Shown in pieces: positions 1 through 12,395 of a DNA stretch of 64,000 nucleotides. This DNA is from Rhizophagus irregularis (Eukaryota). The position numbers and the translations under genes were made by a program. The DNA is taken from contig NC_089430.1 in the NCBI RefSeq assembly GCF_026210795.1, positions 868,001 through 932,000 on the forward strand, given 5' to 3'. Within the stretch, counting starts at the first letter, position 1; the number at the start of each line of letters is the position of its first letter. A model generated the notes under the pieces. The model did no database searches. It was not told the DNA's origin and worked only from the letters and a program-made list of their open reading frames with translations.

Positions 1-1075
1 TATTTTATTTGTTCTCGTATTTTATATTTTTATGAGTTCCTGTCAGGATAACCTATTAATTTCCACCTCGCTCTTTTCTAAATGTCCACAACTAATAGAC
101 ACAACAATAGTGTGAAAAAAATAAAGCTACTCATTTTTTATATTGCACAAAAATCCCCAATGTTTTTAATGACCAAATTCTCCCTAGTGAATGATTATCG
201 TTATACCCCCTCTTTTTATTGTATTTTTCGATCTGGATGACAACACATTATCAAACGGCAATATACATGTTATTTCGTTTCGAATGAACCCCCATTTTAT
301 AAGTTGACAGACGATAACTATTCTTACTTTAGCATGTACAGACATTAACCAATCCTTACAGTGTCCCCCCATTGACACTGCCTTTTCTTCGAAAAGTCCG
401 TTGTACACCAGTAAGAATACCAGTGTCCATCTTTGAGCGATCAGCTAAACATCTGTACAAGAACGTAAAAACAACATTACTATCAACTATACACGTTGTA
501 ACATCTCTCTAATTAACCGAAAATATGTGTATTACATAGATGCGTATTTTTAATTGGTTTTCTCATAGCGTTACAAAACCAAAGGTGAAAAATCACTATG
601 CGTAGGACATAATTCTTGGTTTGGCTGGTCTTCGATAGTGATATGAATTGTGTTTAATTTAGTAATCGCAAACAATAGTCAACACTTTAAGTAGAACTGC
701 ATTTAGTTTCGATTACTAAGAACAGACTCTGTATGTTATAGGGAGGGAAATCTTTGCAATTTCCAACAATGACACGAGGCTGTCAACTTTATTTTAGCAA
801 ATAGCATGCAAAAGATTTTCCCACAATTTATGCCCAATGGTCAATGATGAACTACTAACCGATAAACAGGTAACGTTAATTCCAAACGAAATTATCATAA
901 TTAGTAGTCAAGCATTATTTTTTCTTATCTGTTAATCTCGTACTCTAACATATAGTGCATCATTTAGTAGATATGAAATTTACTCTGTAAAAGCGTTGAA
1001 TATATTAAAATGTCAACCGTATAATAAACTACCATGCGCTATTGGTTGTGGTCCTATTGTTGTATAATCTGTATA

Positions 1076-1979
1076 CAGATGGTGGCCTAAATGATCCGGC
1101 CACTTTTTAATGCAAAAAGATTTACATACATATTATATATTAAAAATAAAATTTTAAGTTAAATATAATCATTACGTTTTTATTTATTAATTTAAATAAA
1201 AATTTAATAATAAATTCTATCTTTATTTGCAATAATGGCATCAATACTGAGATAGTATGCTATTAATGATTTTTAATAATATTCTAGAAAATTTTTTTTT
1301 CCATGTGATTTCAATATTCTTCCTAAGTACTCTTAACATAAAATTTAATAAGATATAGTAAGTATAATATTGTATAAGTCTTACATAACAATATTTTTTA
1401 TAATTATAGGATCTATGCAAATATAATTATTATGCAAGTTTTTGAAGCTTTGTAAGTTCATATAATTTAAATTTAAAAATAATCTAGTGATTGGATTTTC
1501 ATGATTTTAGATTTATTATATTTGTCTCATTAAGAGGATTATAATTATAATGATTTTGCAGTTGTAGAATTCAATCTTTGGCATGTAATTACACTTTTAA
1601 AAGTCTAAACATTAAATTTAAACATTTTCTACAATATCTTTTGTTTTTGATAATTGGATTTTCATAATTTTTGGCTCATTAGATTCGCCTCGTTGAGACG
1701 ATTCAGATGGTGGTAAATCCATGATTATCTGATCGATATTGACTGAATTACAATATTTTTAATCTTATAAATTTTTGTTGTGTAATTGTAAAAATTCATG
1801 CAGTAAATGGTTCCATATTTCCAAAAAAATTCTGAAATGATATGAAAGAATTGAAGTATGGAAATTTATTTTTTGTCATTATTAATACAAAATTATAAGT
1901 ATTTTATATCATATCAACATGTAATGATCTGTGTAATTTTGGCAAAATAAACTGGCCGGATTATTTAGGCCACCATCTG
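1076..1979. mobile_element. Non-autonomous Tc1/mariner-type DNA transposon (MITE, 904 bp)
   Basis: 27-bp TIR CAGATGGTGGCCTAAAT(G/A)ATCCGGCCA at 1076-1102 and 1953-1979 (1 mismatch); TA on both sides (1074-1075, 1980-1981); AT-rich non-coding interior. Confidence 0.9.
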
Positions 1980-2135
1980 TATTATTCTACGTTATTAACA
2001 AAATACGAAAAATATTCCGCTTGCTATTTAACTACACTAGTAACTCACATGAATGAAAAAAGATTCAGACAAGGGATATAATGATATTTTTTGTAATCGA
2101 TGAGACTAATACTGTATATGGAGTATATCTAACTA

Positions 2136-2277
2136 CGGTGGTGAGCATAATTATTTGGAAAAAAGAAGAGGCGAAATACGTAAAAAATGCGTTAAATACA
2201 GTCTAAAATAGCGATTTTCCACATTTATCATTCCAAATAATTTTGCTCTTTGAGCAGTCTCCGACTGATCACCAGTG
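2136..2277 (-). mobile_element. Short TA-flanked MITE (142 bp), same family as 59090-59389
   Basis: TA|CGGTGGTGAGCA ... TGATCACCAGTG|TA imperfect TIRs; its reverse complement aligns with 59090-59104 plus 59269-59389. Confidence 0.7.
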
Positions 2278-2963
2278 TATCTCCACTCTCAAGTGCAATG
2301 ATGTACGGGAATAATATATTCTATTTGGCCACAAGGTATTTATATTTTATGCATCCGTACTATTATTTGTCATATTAATACATTACAAGTATTTTATTAT
2401 ATTTAGTTAGTGGACTGGTGATATCGGATAATTGAAATGCATTATCAGTCGATGTGCATGTCACACTTACATGCCAATTATAATTAAAATTCTTGTACTA
2501 TCATAAATCGCTATTCTTTTGACGTATTGTAAATGATTAAAGTTATACTTCTTCTAACAAAAAAAATTATCTCAGTTGGTAAATAAACACCTATTCAACC
2601 TAATATAGGTATTATTTTATTTGTGAAAACTTTGTAATAACATCTATATACACTATAAAGATTAGTACGTTTTGACATATTTTTGAGAGATTCTTTACTT
2701 TAGCGACTTCTAACAAAAAATTTTATATTCAAATATCCGTAATATTTTACGCTGTTTCCAGAAATGTTTTCTTCAAAAGTTGTTAATACAACAGTTTTCA
2801 AGAAAAGTGGCATTGTATTTTATATATATACATGTATATATATTAAACTTGTCAAAAACTTTATTATAACTTGTAATGATTGTTAATAAAGCTATATTAA
2901 ACTGCATTAATGAGCATTTTCAACTGCTCTTTTCTTTCTTCGGTATTGAACGTGTTGCTTAAT

Positions 2964-5900
2964 TCAACTTAAATCCCATTCATCTGATAAGGTATTTAAT
3001 TTTTCTCTCATTTCTTCGTTCGTAGGTTTACTCTGACTCAGAATTAAAGGTTCTAAAAGAGTTTCTTCTTCTAAACTAGAAATCCTTTTAGCTTTTTGCT
3101 TACGTTTATTACCTGTTTCATTTTCTTGTTGTTCTTGCATTATAATGTCACGTTGATCAGAAGATTCTTCTTGAGGCTGTGATCGTGATTCCATAGTTTG
3201 TGAATGTTCTATTGTTTTTTTATTTCTTTTTGCTTCTTTGAGTTCTTTTTGAAAATTCAATATTTTTAATCTAGATGTGCCCAATTTGCTTCTTCTGGGC
3301 TGAGTTGTCTGGTCTTAAGAACATCTTCATAATAAATTGCTTGCATGCGGACTATTCCATTAGAGAAGCAATTCTTAAGTTGAATTACTCCTTCAACTGT
3401 CAGTTGTGATCGGTAAACATTTTTCCACGTATTACTATTTAAAAATGATTCATTTGTTTGGTCAAATTCTTGGAGGAGAATTTTGACTAAATTCCACATT
3501 GTATCATATCTTTGATTTATTGCATGATTTCTGGTAGATGCTGTTGGATCATTGAGGTATTCAGATAATAAGATTTCAATTCTATCACGTTCCGTTTGTA
3601 CTAATTTTATTTGCATTTTTAAATTTTCCATATTAACTACGTTTCCTGTTATATTTTGTTTTATGAATTTCACTTTAAAAGTCTCCAGAGCTTCATCGTA
3701 TGCAAAAAAATGTCCTTTTCGTTTTTCATTATTATCTATTTTAATAGAAGCTGCATAACGCAATTTATCTTCTAGTTTAGGAAACTTTTCCAAATACCAA
3801 GAAAATGACATACAGAACTAGCATACCGAGTTTTAGTTGCTGAAGCAAATAAACCACCAAATGCAGCTAAAGCATTTTTTTGTAAATCATAATTTCCAAC
3901 TCGAATGCCAATACGATGAGCTTTAAATATTCTGGCCCATTGATAGTAAAGGTACCAGATTTAAAGCGCCAAATTTGCATTTTCCCAAATTTTATGCTTA
4001 CTAATATTTTTTTTTTTAATGTAGATTCGTATTGCTAAAGATACTGCAGTCCATATTAATTCAAGAACATGAACAGTGGACCTATAATCAACAACAGATT
4101 CCAATTTTTCCAAAAATTTAACTCCAAGTGAATTTGCAAGATCAAAAATTCTATAACTTGAAAAAAGAACAATCAAAATACTGCACATATCCTTGGACGT
4201 GTGCCATTGCCCAAGAATAGGACGCAGGTAAGGCCATTGATCCGTTAATTTAATTATTCTTCGAAATATTGCTTCATCAGCAACTACATCTAAATACTGT
4301 TCTGATCTTAATTCAAAATCTTTTTTGTACATTTCTAAAGATTCAAAAATACTCTCGTCAGAATTTGGAACTCCACCAGGTTCTAAAATAACTACATTTA
4401 GAGGTTCTACTTTACATCCATGTTCAACACGATTCAAAATTTCATCATGTACAATGGCCATGTCAAAATTTGTCTGATAAATTGCAATGCCTTGAAAGTT
4501 AATTTGAACATTGAGTAGGTTATCTAAAACAGAATCAAAAATATCCAAAGTATTACTTATCATTTGATTCATACCAAATAACTCAAGTGGAGAACTATTT
4601 TGGTTTTCATCATTCTTATTTTCATACAAATTAAAAGGCATTTGGTGTTGAAAAACCATTCTGAGCGTCGTATGTGTACTGGTACGTGTCGTATCAAATA
4701 TGTTTCCATATCTAAAAGTTGCTTCCTTAAAATCTATGTTATCTATAACACCTAAATTCCAAATATTTTCACTCTTATTAAGACGTTGACATGGATTTAT
4801 GGATTTCATTCGAACCTTTTCTAATTTTCTTTCTTGACCGTCTGTATGTCCACTTATTTGCAAAGTAGAAAGAAGATGCCGGAATTGTTGATTGAGTTTT
4901 GGTTTTCTACTAAGACTCAAAAGTACTTTAGTAAACCAAACTTGCAAGTATGGAAACGCAATTCCAATTAATACTGAAACAAAAAAAGTTACTATTTTTA
5001 TTAATTGCTGTTCATCAAATTGTTTTAATAGTTTATTTCGAGATTTAGACTTTCTATTTGATATCTCTAATTTTTTTTTTAAAATATCTCCACATAGATT
5101 TCCAAAAAATCCAGTTAAATATGATGGAAAAGCTGAATAGTAATTTTCAAGAGATGCCAGATTTTGAATTTCAGCTTTTTGTTTATTCAATTCTTCTCTT
5201 GATTTCCAAATTCTTTCTGCCAATTTATTTCCTACATCGGGCCATTGTTCATCTGAAATAAACAATTCTGAAGAAATTGTATTTGAAATTTTATTCATTT
5301 TTAAAAGAATTTGAAGCATGAAAAGAGTAGGTAATTGAATATAACTTGTTAATCCTATGTATACCATGTTGATATACTGGTAAAAAAATGATTTATCCTA
5401 CACATATCTTACACATATTGGATACTCAAAATGTAGAAAATCATACACAAATAATACACATATCATACACATATCGGGTACTAATATATATATCATACAT
5501 ATATCAGGTACCTGATAGGTATACTATTATATAAGTACCCGATATGTATATGATATGTGTATTATTTGTGTATGATTTTCTACATTTTGAGTACCCGATA
5601 TATGTAAGATATGTGTAAGATATGTGTAGGATAGACCATTTTTTTACCAGTGATAGATGATATTGTAGAGGTGGTGGAAAATATTGATGACCTATGAATT
5701 TCTTCAAAATTACAAATAGATTCCATATCGATATTTTTTTTAGTGTTTTTGGACAATGTTATATTTTGAAGAAAGTGTAATGCAGGATTTAACATATGTG
5801 TAAGAATAATTTCTTTTCTATCTTGACTTTCATTTTTTACAACAAAAAGAAGCCAGTTCGCTAATGCTATGAGTATTTTATCAGAATCTTCATCATGCAA

Positions 5901-6756
5901 TTTATCATTTTCACAATTGAATTTGGGTTTTCCTGATCCATTTTTTCGATGAATATGCCCTCCATTGATTTCAAAACAGCTGCAACATATGTATCGGGGA
6001 TCTGAAAATTCCTCATTAGCTAAATTTGATATATTCGTACATATTTCAAGTGCATTACAACTGAATTGTCCATTGCAAGCTACTTGTATATTTCTATTAA
6101 AGATGTTCCAAGAATGTTGGCGGCAATTCATTTCACGACTAAAAAAGTAAAAATTTTTCTCACAAAAAAAACACCTTCTTCGATGTATTATACTTTTTTC
6201 CGTTTTTCTTATTTGTTTAGCATGACTTATATGATTTTTTTGATCATAATTAAAATGCGACATACACACTCCTAAATTAACCTTCCCATCCAAAAATTTA
6301 GCCGCAACACTTGTATCTATTTGCCAAGTTCCTATTAATTGAGAAATACATCTTTTACTATCATTACCGCATATTTGTAATTTTCCATCAATCATGTCAA
6401 CAATAGCACATGGTGAAAGGGAAGTTGACATTTCATCTATAATGTATATTTCATTTTCAAGTGATTCAGATTCATTTTTTAAACTTTGCTCATTATCATC
6501 GTCAATTTCATCATCACTACTTGAATTATATATTTATTTCTTCACTTCGAACAGTTTTATGTGCCTGCAAAAAATTTTCGATGTGAAAAATATTAGATTG
6601 TTTGTTTGATTCAGCATCTAATAATATTGAATTTTGGTTTATCAATTGTTCTAAAAATGTTTCATCATATTCTAGCTCTTCTTCTGAATTGTTATCACCT
6701 AAAAATTGCTCAAATAAAATATTATTATCGTCTATAGACTTTGAAAAGCTATTCAT
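2964..6756 (-). pseudogene. Academ/DUF6589-like DDE transposase, disrupted
   Basis: Motifs VIDNIDF, H-T-T..FQ, VVADEAIF, LGQWHTSKDM, IRVGN..F..TKTRYA and AYDEALE..K, with a Cys-rich N-terminal part (CFFC, CCSC). Lesions: MITE at 5375-5652, in-frame TAA at 3961-3963, and frame changes near 3810, 3270 and 6530. Start codon approximate. Confidence 0.75.
5375..5652. mobile_element. CACTG (CMC/EnSpm)-type foldback MITE (278 bp) inside the Academ transposase
   Basis: Ends (T/C)ACTGGTAAAAAAATG ... CATTTTTTTACCAGTG, long internal inverted arms, 3-bp TSD ATA (5372-5374, 5653-5655). Confidence 0.9.
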
Positions 6757-9301
6757 ATTGAGATTGTAAAAGTTTATTACAGAAATTAGGTGGTTTTGAG
6801 TACCTGTGATTCTTTTCTTTGACAAGAAGTATAAAATTAAAAATACTTGAAAATGATAGATTTTGATCTCATCTATCGGGAAATGTACTCAGATTTTGTA
6901 ATACAAAAGATTTATTTTACATAAATATAAAATGAAGTTGGCGTATTTTTTAAATTTTAGGCCGGCACTATAAATTCGACCAGAGTTAAGAAAATTTTGG
7001 CCAAAATTATGATTTAAAGATCAGTAATTTTAATCAAAAAAGAAAACTTTGGCTAGTTTAGAACTTTACATATATACTATATATCTAAAGACCATGCTAT
7101 GTATGAAATTTAAATTATGATATCATAGTATAAAAAATTTGCCTACTAATTTTGTGACATGCACATCGACTGTTATACTATGTCTGATGGGTAAATCAAC
7201 ATATGATTATATACGAATAATTAGTAAAAATATTTGTGCATGGGAGGTGAAAAAAAATTTTGGCCGTATCATTGTTAGACGTATTATCTGATCACGGAAA
7301 GGATACCGTGTAATTATAATTTTTTATAGGATTGGTAGTGTAGAGGGTGGACGCTATAATCGTATATACGATCACAGTCAAATAGGTTATCGATAAGGAT
7401 AATTTCGTAATGTAAAGAAAATAGCTGATATTGTTTTCGGTAATCGAAACACTAGTACAAGTTAATATAAATGCAGTTAATAACATCAAGCATTTGACTA
7501 CAAATACCAATACCAATAACAATATTCGACTACCAATATCAATGGATGCAGAAAAATCATCACTAGCGGGATTGCGGTAATTGTTTTTTAGTAATCGAAC
7601 AATCTCTGATATCCAATTATTCTACTATCTGTTATTATTAACACCATTTTTTGTAAATGACATTGTTGATGGAGAGGGTAATGAGCGACAACAAAAATAC
7701 AATATAATTATATCATTGAATACTTGACTAAATATTCCAAGAATTATTAATCTTTTGTTGATCATTTTTGCCAAGAAAATTCCCAGAAAAAGTCTAGTCG
7801 AGGAAGTAGTTCACTTTGTTGATAAATCACAGTAATTTAATGTTTCTAAGAACAGAGATGAGAAATCATTCAACAATTTGCTAGATAGTAGTCAACGACA
7901 GAAAACAATTAATAGTCCTGCAGATAACACGTGATACTCTAATCCCAGGAACCTAGGTTCCTAGAACCTCCTCTGTTAAAAGCGTGGTTGAGCGGCAAGA
8001 CGGTCAGTTCAGAATGTCACATGGTAATGGCGTAGATAAAAATAGCTTTACCAATGCATAGCATAACCATTAATACGAACTAGCAGCATTAATAGTTTAA
8101 AAAATTTTAGCGCAAATGGTTGATCAATATCATAAACTTCTGCAATTCAGAAACGATAGATGCTTCAATAGAGAAGTCAGCAAAACATTCTTGTTAGGGA
8201 TAGTAACTATTCTGAAAGAGTATTACAATATCTATACTTAAAGTGTAATGTAATCGTTTCATAGTTTCGGCGGTAGTATGTATACTGTGGAAGACTAATA
8301 ATTTTATTGATTTGTAAAATAAGTAAAAAAAATAAATACGGTAATATGTTATGTGCGAGATGAAAAATAAAGTAAGCAGTTGTTATCTTCTTTTTTACAT
8401 CGATATGTTAATGTTAACTGTGATCGCTACTTCCTCATGTATTTCTTTGGAATATAGTTTGTGAAACTATGAAATAGTTTGCACTGCCACTGATTTTTGT
8501 TCTAGTTGCTATTCTTTGATTAATATATCATTTCCATGGGCCTTGATATCACAAGACAAAAATTGCTTTCTATCGTTGCCTATTGGTAATCTGATATTCT
8601 GACTACATAATTATAATAGAACAACGTAGGAGAAGTAATTTGTCCTTTCGTAATTACATTGACCTCCAATTCTATTACTCTACGATATCCCAAATATGAT
8701 TTTTTTGTAATTACAAAGTGTCTGGATAAGTTAGCATTTTCATGACTTAGTTATTTTATGTGGGCAAACGTTCTACTTTTTTCAAAGAAAGATTTACTTT
8801 ACAACCTAAGACTTCTATGGTACAAGTCTCTATCATGTTAGTGCCCACCATGACTAGCGTTTCATTAAGTTTCAATAACTTATACCATCAAGAACAAGAA
8901 TTCAAACAGTGGCATAATCAAGGTATTCGACGATCATACGCTAACTAGCTATTGGCAACATGAATCCAAGATAATGACTGTCATGACACATTCTCGAATC
9001 CCCGTTTGAAAAGTGAGTTACAATAACTTTCTTGTTATAACATGTCCCGAAATTAACCAGCCCTTACAGTGCCCCCTTTGTCACTGCCTTTTCTTCGAAA
9101 AGTCCGTTGTACACAAGTAAGAATACTAGTGTCCATCTTTGAGCGACCAGGTAAATAACAGGAATGCCTGAAGGGCATTATTCCATAATGTAAGTAAGGC
9201 AATAAACTCATATATGTATACATATTTTTTTAATTACCCTCGTAGCCAAAGTTAACTGAATATTGCCATAATTTCTGTCTTGGCTGGTCTTACGATATAC
9301 T

Positions 9302-9733
9302 TAGGGATGGGCGTTAATTAACCATGGTTAATTAACTATGGTTAATTAACCGTTAATTATGTTACTTATAATTAGTTTAAAATGGTTAATTAACCGTTAC
9401 TTTAAATCAACCAATAAAAATGCAGAATTTAAGTCATGTGATTTTAATTATAATTTGATAATTATTGGTAAAAAATGGTATAGTCTGTGATAGTGATAAT
9501 AGTACTATACTTGAATTTGAATCAAATGTAATAAGTTTAGATGATGAAGAATAAATAAAATATATAAGATTTATTATAATCATTTTAATAAATAAATAAA
9601 TTTCATTGTTTTATTTTATTATTTATAAAAAATTAATATATTAGTTAACTATAAGTTAATTAACCGTTAATTAACCGTTAATTAACCAGTTAATTAACCA
9701 AATTTATAATTAACCGTTACTTTCCCATCCCTA
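9302..9733. mobile_element. hAT-type MITE (432 bp)
   Basis: TIR TAGGGATGGG/CCCATCCCTA; 8-bp TSD GATATACT (9294-9301, 9734-9741); subterminal GGTTAATTAACC palindromic repeats at both ends. Confidence 0.92.
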
Positions 9734-10432
9734 GATATACTGTACTTAAAATTATTTCTGTGTGTTATGAAAAGTCAGTATATTACTCTTCTAGTTTACA
9801 GTTTTTATTTAACGAATTCTAATACAATGTGAACAACAGAGTTCACAGAATGTGAAAAAAATATTATCAAGTGTCAGACTTTTAAGTATACCACTGTAAT
9901 AATAAATTTTGAGACATATACGTGAAATATGGCAACTGTAACAATCCTCATCTGTTATACCAAGAATATAAGAATCATGTGCTTTTTTTCAACGAATAAA
10001 AATTGTCTCCATTTACTATCACCATTCGATCATTTATCTTTAAGAAATAAATAAATAAATAAAGCATTCGATCATTTTTTAAGTTAAAAAATTAATCATG
10101 TAAGAGACAACCTTTGATAATAGTATGATTTGAAATATGTAAACGCAGTACATAGTGTTAAATTCTCAAGAGACGAACAGAAGAAATAGAACACCATATT
10201 TTATACATTAATTATATTCTAAGACTTAGTTTATTTTGTTTCCAATAAAGAAATACGGTATTACAAAAATTAACTATCAATATGCGATTCATTATACCCT
10301 GTAAATTGTACTAATTCATCAGGAATTTAAACACGGCATAATGTTCCGTAAGTTTACGGATTTTCATAAAATTACGTACATTTACGGCATAATGTTCCGT
10401 AGATTTACGGATTTCCGTAAATCTACGTAATT

Positions 10433-11776
10433 TTACGATCAAAATATTCCAAAATAATACGTGATCGTAAATGTTCCGAAGCATTATGATCGAAATATTC
10501 CGAAATAATACGTGATCGTAAATGTTCCGAAGCATTACGATCAAAATATTCCAAAATAATACATGATCGTAAATGTTCCGAAGCATTACGGTCAAAATAT
10601 TCCGTAATAATACGTGATCGCAAATGTTTCGTAATAATATGATATCGCAATTGTTCCGAAGCATTACGATCGAAATATTCCGTAATAATACGTGATCGAA
10701 AATGTTCCGAAGCATTACGATCGAAATATTCCGTAATAATACGTGATTGCAATTGTTCCGAAGCATTACGATCGAAATATTCCGTAATAATACGTGATCG
10801 AAAATGTTCCGAAGCATTACGATCGAAATATTCCATAATAATACGTGATCGCAATTATTCCGAAGCATTACGATCAAAATATTCCGTAATAATACATGAT
10901 CGAAAATGTTCCGAAGCATTACGATCGAAATATTCTGTAATAATATGATATCGCAATTGTTCCGAAGCATTACGATCGAAATATTCTGTAATAATACGTG
11001 ATCGAAAATGTTTCAAAATATTACGATCGAAATATTCCGTAATAATACGTGATCGTAAATGTTTCGAAACATTACGGTCAAAATATTCCGTAGAATTATG
11101 ATATCGTAAATGTTCCAAAGCATTACGATCGAAATATTCCGTAATAATACGTGATCGTAAATGTTTTGAAACATTACGGTCAAAATATTCCGTAGAATTA
11201 CGATATCGTAAATGTTCCAAAGCATTATGATCGAAATATTCCGTAATAATACGTGATCGTAAATGTTTTGAAGCATTACGATCGAAATATTCCGTAATAA
11301 TACGTGATCGTAAATGTTTCAAAACATTACGATCGAAATATTCCGTAATAATACGTGATCGTAAATGTTTCGAAACATTACGGTCAAAATATTCCGTAGA
11401 ATTACGATATTGTAAATGTTCCGAAGCATTACGATTAAAATATTCTGTAATAATACGTGATCGTAAATGTTTCGAAATATTACGATCGAAATATTCCGTA
11501 ATAATATGATATCGCAATTGTTCCAAAGCATTACGATCGAAATATTCCGTAATAATACGATATCGTAAATGTTCCGAAGCATTATGATCGAAATATTCCG
11601 TAGAATTATGATATCACAATTGTTTCGAAACATTACGATCGAAATATTCCATAATAATACGTGATCAAAAATGGTCCGAAGCATTACGATCGAAATATTC
11701 CATAATAATATATGATCGTAAATGTTTCGAAGCATTACGGTCAAAATATTCCGTAATAATACGTGATCGTAAATAT
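10433..11776. repeat. 51-bp tandem array (~26 copies), left subterminal repeat
   Basis: Unit TTACGATCGAAATATTCCGTAATAATACGTGATCGTAAATGTTCCGAAGCA; explains the 17-aa periodic ORFs in the track. Confidence 0.95.
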
Positions 11777-12395
11777 TAGCCCTATTCATTTTCAGTCAGG
11801 TACATTTTTCGGTCGGATTTTGTTGTACAATAATTATCCAATAAAATTTTTTTATTTTCGATCGCAAATTGAACTGCTTTAGATTGAAATTTAGTTCAAA
11901 CTCCTTGTATTTCCTGTAACTGATTTTGTTAGGATTAAAAAGGAAATTATAACTTATGTCTTTTTCTTAAATATCACGTAAACAGAAATTATCTAATTTT
12001 GGTTGGTTGTTTTTGGTATTCAAAACGGGCTAAAAGTTCAGAAAATGGTTGCGTTGTACACCGAAAAATGCGATTGACCAGAAATGAACAGGGCTATTTT
12101 GAAGCGTTACGGTCGAAATATTCTGTAATAAATTCAATAACTTATATTACGCTACGTAACTTATCTCATCTGGTAATTCAAGTTTCTAAAATAATCATTC
12201 TTATTTATTACAATCGTAATATTTCACATTTACACAAAATAAAGTGGCCAACTACATAATGATCAAATATATTTTACCCAAACATGTATTTATTTATTGA
12301 CTTGAAAATTATCTCCTTTATTAAAATAAATGGGATATTAAAATATATGGGGGGATATTAAAATATAAAAAATATATGCGTAGTCAATTATTATT

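Larger units (their letters stand above)
2446..7172 (-). mobile_element. Academ-like DNA transposon (4727 bp)
   Basis: Perfect 20-bp TIR CAGTCGATGTGCATGTCACA (2446-2465; reverse complement at 7153-7172); 4-bp TSD TTAT (2442-2445, 7173-7176); encloses one long transposase-like reading frame. Confidence 0.85.

Noticed and set aside
10433..11776. Possible CRISPR array (also considered for 31370-33145 and 33570-34220)
   Set aside because: Units are contiguous with no unique spacers, no cas genes are present and the context is eukaryotic.
10311..11789. Five repetitive ORFs (87-223 aa) that look like LRR or repeat proteins
   Set aside because: They are translations of a 51-bp (17-codon) DNA tandem array in two frames, and the variation is CpG-driven rather than codon-constrained.
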